This document shows, piece by piece, positions 56,720-62,298 of a DNA stretch of 62,298 bases. Under the pieces are notes generated by a model. It saw only the letters and a program-made list of their open reading frames with translations, made no database searches and had not been told where the DNA came from. The stretch lies in the NCBI GenBank assembly GCA_030655355.1, contig JAURVS010000314.1:1-62298 (forward strand), read 5' to 3'. This DNA is from Sphingopyxis sp. (GTDB lineage: Bacteria > Pseudomonadota > Alphaproteobacteria > Sphingomonadales > Sphingomonadaceae). Every line of letters begins with the position of its first letter. The stretch's first letter is position 1. The translations under genes were made by a program, and so were the position numbers.

Positions 56720-57708
56720 TTTGGACTCTCGATCTCATGGACAAGGCCCCATTTGAGCGCTTGCGCGGCACCCAAACGCGCGCCCGATAGCAGCATCCAC
56801 ATCGTGCGGTGGCGTCCGATCGCGCGTGAAATGGTGGCGGTTCCGCCAGCGCCGGGGATCAAGCCCATCCGGATCTCGGGCAAGTGGAACCAGCTGCTCG
56901 GCGTTGCGACGCGCCGGTGGGCGGCGGCGGCCACTTCAATGCCCGATCCGACGCACGCGCCGTGCAGACGGACTGTTCCCCGATCGCCAAGCGCATCGAG
57001 CGCGCGCGCGCAGCTATGAAGCGTGCGCACCAGATGCGCCTCGGCGAGGTCGAGCGCGGTACCGAATTCGGCCAGCTCGCCGCCGGTCGAAAAGCATTTC
57101 CCGGCGCCCTGCAGAAGAAGGTCCGGTTGGCTCGGGTCATCGAGCGCATTCGCCAGCGCCTCATAGAGTGCGTCGCGCATCGTCGCGGTCATCGCATTGC
57201 GATTGGTTGGGTCGTTGAGTGTCAGCGTGAGATGGTCGCCGCAACGTTCGACGAGCAGCGGCTCCGCCTGAGTGGGGAAGGGCGGCCTGCGTTCGGCCGC
57301 CTCGCGCCACCGCGCGAACTCGCAGCCGCCGAGCAAGGCCGAATAAGCGAGTGATTCGACCGTTAACGCATCGACGAGGGGTAGGTTGGCTGTCGTGCGC
57401 AGTACCGCCGCGGCGATCGTAGCGGCTTGCTGATTTGTGCGAACCGCATTTGCCAGCCGCTCGACCCGCGCGCCGAAATTGTCGGCATCTAGTGAAACCC
57501 AAGGCCGCGGCGCCTCGCGTGCGGTCGTGAGCAACAAGTCGAAATCGTCGGTCGCTATGGCGGCTAGGGACGCGTCGCTATCGACGCCAATCACCACCGC
57601 CTGAATTGGCACGTCCCGCCGTCGCCATGTCGCGGCATCGACAACCAGCACGGGCTGGCCCCCGGGTGCCGAAAGGCGATCGGCGTCGAGATAGTCGGGG
57701 CCCGTCAT
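56716..57708 (-). CDS. enoyl-CoA hydratase/isomerase with N-terminal extension
   Basis: LTLNDPTNRNAM, FSTGGEL, GSGIE, LPEIRMGLIPG, preceded by about 150 extra residues. Confidence 0.88.
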   Translation of the reverse strand: MTGPDYLDADRLSAPGGQPVLVVDAATWRRRDVPIQAVVIGVDSDASLAAIATDDFDLLLTTAREAPRPWVSLDADNFGARVERLANAVRTNQQAATIAAAVLRTTANLPLVDALTVESLAYSALLGGCEFARWREAAERRPPFPTQAEPLLVERCGDHLTLTLNDPTNRNAMTATMRDALYEALANALDDPSQPDLLLQGAGKCFSTGGELAEFGTALDLAEAHLVRTLHSCARALDALGDRGTVRLHGACVGSGIEVAAAAHRRVATPSSWFHLPEIRMGLIPGAGGTATISRAIGRHRTMWMLLSGARLGAAQALKWGLVHEIESPK

Positions 57709-57718
57709 CGCACCCTTG

Positions 57719-59224
57719 TTAATCGGCGCAGACAGCTTCCGCCAGTTCGGCCTTCAACACGCGCCGCAAGAGCTTGCCGGTTTCATTATAGGGAAGCGCG
57801 TCGCGGACAAACCAGGCCTCTGGAGTCTTGGTGGAACGGAGCTTTTCACGAATTGCCGCCGCCATTGCCGCGGTGTCGGGCTCGCCCGATCGCGAGACGA
57901 TCACCGCCACGACTTTCTCGCCCCAGCGTTCGCACGGAATGCCGAGCACCGCGCAATCGGCGATATCATCGAAACTGCGCAGCAGATCCTCGATCTCGCC
58001 CGGCGAGATATTTTCCCCGCCGCGCACGATGACGTCGTCCAGTCGCCCTTCGACGAAGAGATATCCGCCTTCGTCGATCCAGCCGGCATCGTTGGTAGCG
58101 AACCAGCCGTCATCGGCGATGGCTTTTTTGTGCAAATATTCGCCAGAGACCTGTTCTCCCCGGACATGAATTTCGCCATGTTCACCGGTGCCGCAAGGTG
58201 TGCCGTCCTCACGCCGGATCTCGAGTTCGATGCTCGGCAGCGGCTGGCCGACCGACGCTATGCGCCGCCGGATCGCCGGATCGTCGGAGGCGAAGGCTGC
58301 ACGATGATCGTCGGCGCCAAGCAGCGAAATCGTCGAGCTGGTTTCGGTGAGCCCATAGGCGTTGACGAACGCCACATGTGGCAGCGTTGCCAGCGCGCGC
58401 GCGATCACCGGCTCGGGCATCTTGCCGCCTCCGTAGGAGAGGGCGCGAAGAGCGGGCAGCGTCTCGCCGGCCGCTGCCATCACGTCGAGGATGCGATCGA
58501 GCATCGTGGGCACCACCATCGCATGCGTAATGCCTTCGGCGGCGGCCGTGGCGACCCAGTCTTCGGCGGTGAAGGCAGGCAGATAGACAATGCGCCGCCC
58601 ACCATAGGCGGCGGTCAGGATCGCCGAAATCCCGGCGATATGATAGGCGGGGACACTGACCAGCGCCGCCTCGTCCTCGTCAGCGCCGAGGAACTCGACG
58701 CTCGACATCACGTAAGACGTAAGGTTTGCGTGGCGGAGCACTGCGGCCTTGGGATCTCCCGTGGTGCCGCTCGTAAACAGCAGAACCGCGATATCGTTTT
58801 CGGGCTCCGGCGGTTCGTCGGTTTCGGGGGCGCGCCCGGCCATGAACTCTGCCTCGAAATCGCTCCGCGCGATCAACTCGACGCCGTCGATCGGCGCTAT
58901 GCGCGGCAGCATGTCGTCATCGACGATCAGAACCGACGGCGCGCTCCTTGCGACAAGCTTGTTGAGTTCGCTGTCGCTGAGACGATAATTAAGCGGTACG
59001 AACGGCGTGCCCGCAATCCCGCACCCGAACAGCAGCACGGGAAGGGCGGTGCCGTTCATGCCGAGGAAGCCGGTGTTGTCCTTGCCCTGCCTGATGAGCC
59101 ACGCTGCGACGCAGCGCGCGCGGGCGCGATAGGAGCCAAAATTGAACGCGTCGTTGCCGCCGCCCAGCGCCGCTCGGTCAGGGCAGGCGTCGGCAGCAAT
59201 GTCGAGGAGCAGCGAGGTGCGCAT
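57719..59224 (-). CDS. AMP-dependent acyl-CoA ligase
   Basis: FTSGTTGDPK, YGLTE, ATND, RGGENI, ETGK. Confidence 0.93.
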   Translation of the reverse strand: MRTSLLLDIAADACPDRAALGGGNDAFNFGSYRARARCVAAWLIRQGKDNTGFLGMNGTALPVLLFGCGIAGTPFVPLNYRLSDSELNKLVARSAPSVLIVDDDMLPRIAPIDGVELIARSDFEAEFMAGRAPETDEPPEPENDIAVLLFTSGTTGDPKAAVLRHANLTSYVMSSVEFLGADEDEAALVSVPAYHIAGISAILTAAYGGRRIVYLPAFTAEDWVATAAAEGITHAMVVPTMLDRILDVMAAAGETLPALRALSYGGGKMPEPVIARALATLPHVAFVNAYGLTETSSTISLLGADDHRAAFASDDPAIRRRIASVGQPLPSIELEIRREDGTPCGTGEHGEIHVRGEQVSGEYLHKKAIADDGWFATNDAGWIDEGGYLFVEGRLDDVIVRGGENISPGEIEDLLRSFDDIADCAVLGIPCERWGEKVVAVIVSRSGEPDTAAMAAAIREKLRSTKTPEAWFVRDALPYNETGKLLRRVLKAELAEAVCAD

Positions 59225-59229
59225 GATTG

Positions 59230-59538
59230 TCAGTCCGAAGCGGGAAGCGGCTTGGCGCCCTTGATCATCATCGCTGCGCCGTTGAAGGCAAGCGATCCCT
59301 TGCCGGGCTTGGCGCCGAGCACCTCAAGCCCGCTTTCCTCGTCAACGTAGCGTTTGCCGATCGCGACGCTGTCGGCGAAATCCGCGTCGACCACGCCGGT
59401 CGGCGCCGCCGGGTCGTCGATCGGCAAAACCGCCGTACCGCCGCATTGCAGTTCGCCAGCGGCCTTTGGCGGGCGAACGACGACGAGTTGGGCGTCGCAC
59501 ACCGCGCTCTTCCAGCGCGAACCCGGTTTCAGGTCCAT
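59230..59538 (-). CDS. small conserved-looking protein with an internal duplication (desulforedoxin-like repeats)
   Basis: 102 aa, MDLKPGSRWKSAVC...ELQCGG...GKRYVD...KPLPASD. Purine-rich RBS; 5 bp from the ligase start. Alternative start 59547. Confidence 0.8.
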   Translation of the reverse strand: MDLKPGSRWKSAVCDAQLVVVRPPKAAGELQCGGTAVLPIDDPAAPTGVVDADFADSVAIGKRYVDEESGLEVLGAKPGKGSLAFNGAAMMIKGAKPLPASD

Positions 59539-59626
59539 TATCCTCATATCCTTTCCCACAGCACGCGAAGGCCTTGCCTTCGTGTCGGCTTTCGCAGGTC
59601 CATATGTCAATCGACATAGAAAGTAA

Positions 59627-59646
59627 ACGTAGTTATATAACTCGGA
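59627..59646. promoter_or_regulatory. island operator copy 8 (ACGTAG-TTATATAA-CTCGGA)
   Basis: 17/20, divergent intergenic region. An adjacent palindrome TATGTC-AATC-GACATA lies at 59603-59618. Confidence 0.8.
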
Positions 59647-59665
59647 AAAGAAAGAGAGGTTGGCG

Positions 59666-61201
59666 ATGCATCCACGATTGTTCGCGCGCACAGCTGCCGA
59701 TCGCCCGGCGCTGATCATGGCAGCCGATGGATCGGCTACCAGTTATGGCGAGCTCGAGGCCACAGCGAATCGCGGGGCGCAACTGCTTCGCGCGCGCGGA
59801 ATCGCGGCGGGCGATACGGTTGCGATTTGGCTGAAGAACTGTCTGGAATTTTATCAGATCTATTGGGCAGCACAACGGGCAGGCGTCTATATCTGCCCGA
59901 TTTCTACACAGCTTACGGCGGACGAGGCGACCTATATTCTGAGAGACAGTTGCGCGAAGCTGCTCGTGACCCACGCTGACGTGCCGGCCGCGGCGGCGCT
60001 GGTTGCTGGGCGGGCATCGGTGGCTCCCGGCGTTTTGCATATTTTCGATATCGGCACGGCGCTCAAAGGCGCTGAGTCCTGGCACGGCTCGCTCGCGGGC
60101 TATTCGCCGACGCCCATTGCCGACGAAAGCGCAGGCTTTCATATGGTCTATTCATCGGGAACGACGGGGCGTCCGAAAGGAATCCGGCTCCCGCTGACTG
60201 GCGGTCCGGCGGAGGAGCCACATATGCTCGCGGACCGGATTTCGGGACGATACGGGGTGGGTGAGGAGAGCGTCCTCCTTTGCCCCGCCCCGCTCTATCA
60301 CACCGCGCCGCTCGCCTATGGAATGGCTGCGCACCGGCTGGGCGCGACGCTCGTGATCATGGACAAGTTCGATGCCGAGGAAACGCTCCGGCTGGTCGAG
60401 CATTATCGCGTTTCCTTTATGCAGATGGTGCCGACAATGTTCATTCGCTTGCTGGCGCTGCCGGCCGAGACGCGAAATCGCTATGACCTCATGTCGCTTG
60501 AAAAGATTGTGCACGCGGCGGCGCCGTGCCCCGTGGAGGTCAAGCGGCAGATGATTGAGTGGCTCGGTCCGATCATCTACGAATATTACGGAGGGTCGGA
60601 AGGGAACGGGTCGACCTTCATAACACCGCAGGAATGGCTCGCGAAACCAGGGTCGGTCGGTCGCGCCGATTGGGGAACGCTACATATCTGCGGGGAGGAC
60701 GGCCGCGAACTGCCCGCGGGGTGCGATGGCCTGATATATTTCGAAGGCGGCTGGGATTTTCAGTATTTGAACGACGCCGAAAAAACGCGCGACGCGCGCC
60801 ATCACGCACATTCGGGCTGGAGCACGCTCGGCGACATCGGCCATATCGACGATGACGGCTATCTTTTCCTCACCGACCGCAAAAGCTTCATGATTATTTC
60901 AGGTGGAGTGAACATCTATCCGCAGGAGACGGAGAATCTGCTGATCCTGCACCCCGAGGTCGCCGATGTAGCAGTGATCGGCGTGCCGCATCCGGACATG
61001 GGCGAGGAGGTGAAAGCGGTTGTCCAGCCGCATCGCTGGGAAGACGCAGGGCCCGAATTAGCGGTTCGCCTTATCGCTCATTGCCGCGCCCATCTCAGCC
61101 ATTTGAAATGCCCACGCTCGATCGATTTCGACCCGGCCCTTCCGCGGCACGAGACCGGCAAGCTCTACAAGCAGGAAATCCGCAAGCGTTACTGGTCCTG
61201 A
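59666..61201 (+). CDS. acyl-CoA synthetase
   Basis: YSSGTTGRPKG, PLYH, YYGGSE, TLGDIG, ISGGVNIYP, PRHETGK. Confidence 0.94.
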   Translation: MHPRLFARTAADRPALIMAADGSATSYGELEATANRGAQLLRARGIAAGDTVAIWLKNCLEFYQIYWAAQRAGVYICPISTQLTADEATYILRDSCAKLLVTHADVPAAAALVAGRASVAPGVLHIFDIGTALKGAESWHGSLAGYSPTPIADESAGFHMVYSSGTTGRPKGIRLPLTGGPAEEPHMLADRISGRYGVGEESVLLCPAPLYHTAPLAYGMAAHRLGATLVIMDKFDAEETLRLVEHYRVSFMQMVPTMFIRLLALPAETRNRYDLMSLEKIVHAAAPCPVEVKRQMIEWLGPIIYEYYGGSEGNGSTFITPQEWLAKPGSVGRADWGTLHICGEDGRELPAGCDGLIYFEGGWDFQYLNDAEKTRDARHHAHSGWSTLGDIGHIDDDGYLFLTDRKSFMIISGGVNIYPQETENLLILHPEVADVAVIGVPHPDMGEEVKAVVQPHRWEDAGPELAVRLIAHCRAHLSHLKCPRSIDFDPALPRHETGKLYKQEIRKRYWS

Positions 61202-61213
61202 TGCCGCTGGTTC

Positions 61214-61525
61214 TCACGAACTACGATCAAAGCCGATTTGCGGATCGGTGCCGCCAATTTGCTCGAAGTAACGCGCTATTTCGTTCCCTTCCGTTTCGAC
61301 CCAACGCTTGTCCGGCACGGCATTTTCAATTTCAACGAGGATATGCATTCTTCCGACCCCACGGGCCGCGATTCCGAGCGTTTCCGCCTCAGCCAGCGCG
61401 GACAGAATATTGCGGCTTCCGCAGGAAAGCAGCAGGTTGACGCCCTCGCCGAAGCTTTCGGGCGCCGCGGTGCATATCTCCGGCAGACCTGCCAACCGAT
61501 CGCGGAATATGGAAATGTCCGTCAC
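61214..61525 (-). CDS. hypothetical protein (103 aa)
   Basis: AAGGA RBS 7 nt before GTG 61525; plausible composition; no recognisable family. Confidence 0.45.
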   Translation of the reverse strand: MTDISIFRDRLAGLPEICTAAPESFGEGVNLLLSCGSRNILSALAEAETLGIAARGVGRMHILVEIENAVPDKRWVETEGNEIARYFEQIGGTDPQIGFDRSS

Positions 61526-61913
61526 ATGATATTCCTTCGCGAGACCGAACGGGCCAATCGCACCATCTAATGAATCGGTCTGCGTCCGATCTTGATGACG
61601 GAGGATAGCATAGTCTTGATTGCGTGGATTATATTTGCCGAAAGCATTTGGCTCGACATGAAAATCAGTCGTTCCGACCGGAAACGCGCAACGGCCCAAA
61701 GCGGTCATTTGATTGCCAACGGCCAGCGATCTTTGGTCGGGCAGGCGGGCTCATTTCTGCTTGCACTCTCGGGCATCAAAAATCGGGAGTTTCGGAAAGC
61801 GGATTGGGGTTTCGTGACGAGGATGCTGAAAGTCGCTGGTTAAGAGAGAGGAAAATGACATATTTTCTACAAAAATCGGATTTCTTTTTGTTCTGTCGAT
61901 TGCGCTCACGGCA

Positions 61914-62298
61914 TCAAAAATGCGGGTCAGATGCGTAATATTGTTCGACCATTAATCCTACTTCTTTTGCCGACCCCAAAACGACCGGTATCCTTTGATG
62001 CAGCGACCGCGGTTCGATATCCAATATCGCCTGCCCTGCGCTCCAAGCACGGCCGCCAGCCTGTTCGATGAGCAAAGCCATCGGCGCGCCTTCATAAAGC
62101 AGGCGAAGCTTTCCATTTTCCATTCCGGGGCGGCTGTCGTCTGGATAAAGAAACACCCCGCCGCGCGTGAGGATGCGGTGGACGTCGGCCACCATCGAAG
62201 CGGTCCAGCGCATATTATAATCATGCGCAAGCTGCCCTGCCGAGCCTGCGAGACAGTCGTCGAAATATCGTTGGACCGGCTCGGACCAATAGCGACGG
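61914..62298 (-). CDS. fbp: fructose-1,6-bisphosphatase class 1, C-terminal part (runs off the right edge)
   Basis: [26 protein letters not shown] and [21 protein letters not shown] are FBPase I signatures. Confidence 0.93.
   Translation of the reverse strand, partial: RRYWSEPVQRYFDDCLAGSAGQLAHDYNMRWTASMVADVHRILTRGGVFLYPDDSRPGMENGKLRLLYEGAPMALLIEQAGGRAWSAGQAILDIEPRSLHQRIPVVLGSAKEVGLMVEQYYASDPHF

Noticed and set aside
59566-59582. Hairpin CGAAGGC-CTT-GCCTTCG in the leader of the small-protein gene as a riboswitch or sRNA
   Set aside because: Single short stem with no recognisable aptamer features.
2414-59646. Repeated palindrome as a REP element, CRISPR repeat or att site
   Set aside because: Copies are degenerate, widely spaced, confined to promoter regions and lack spacers, cas or recombinase genes.
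1-61201. Secondary-metabolite biosynthetic cluster
   Set aside because: No PKS, NRPS, carrier protein or terpene cyclase seen; TonB uptake and enzyme content fit catabolism better.
61238-61570. Plus-strand 110-aa ORF
   Set aside because: No RBS; overlaps a minus-strand ORF with a better RBS and composition.
1-62298. tRNA, rRNA, IS, prophage or CRISPR features
   Set aside because: None recognised; intergenic gaps are short and no transposase, integrase or phage ORFs were seen.

Overview
High-GC alphaproteobacterial DNA; a Sphingomonadaceae (Sphingopyxis-like) origin is inferred from the TonB-dependent receptor and gene style. Almost the whole window (1 to about 61200) is one dense catabolic island of about 59 genes for CoA-dependent breakdown of an unidentified hydrophobic compound. 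It encodes 12 SDR-fold proteins (one degenerate), 4 CoA ligases, 3 acyl-CoA dehydrogenases, 3 crotonases, 3 thiolase-fold/DUF35 pairs, 3 family III CoA-transferases, 3 amidohydrolases, 2 P450s, 2 ALDHs, 2 nitronate-monooxygenase-like flavoproteins, 2 APH-type kinases, a lactonase, a TonB receptor, 2 MFS permeases and 5 regulators. A partial fbp gene lies beyond the right edge. The strongest non-coding signal is a 20-bp palindrome, consensus ACCTAG-TTATATAA-CTAGGT, found in 8 intergenic regions at operon heads across 57 kb, which suggests one island-wide GntR-type regulon. Three smaller local operator motifs (MarR- and TetR-associated) are layered on it. Unusual proteins include a lactonase plus LvaA/C/D (ACAD10/11)-like module, an apparently circularly permuted CoA-transferase, a tandem desulforedoxin-like small protein, a pseudo-hydrolase/flavin-reductase fusion and an Ltp2-like aldolase. 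No RNA genes, IS elements or CRISPR arrays were seen. All product calls come from motif recognition by eye, not database searches.
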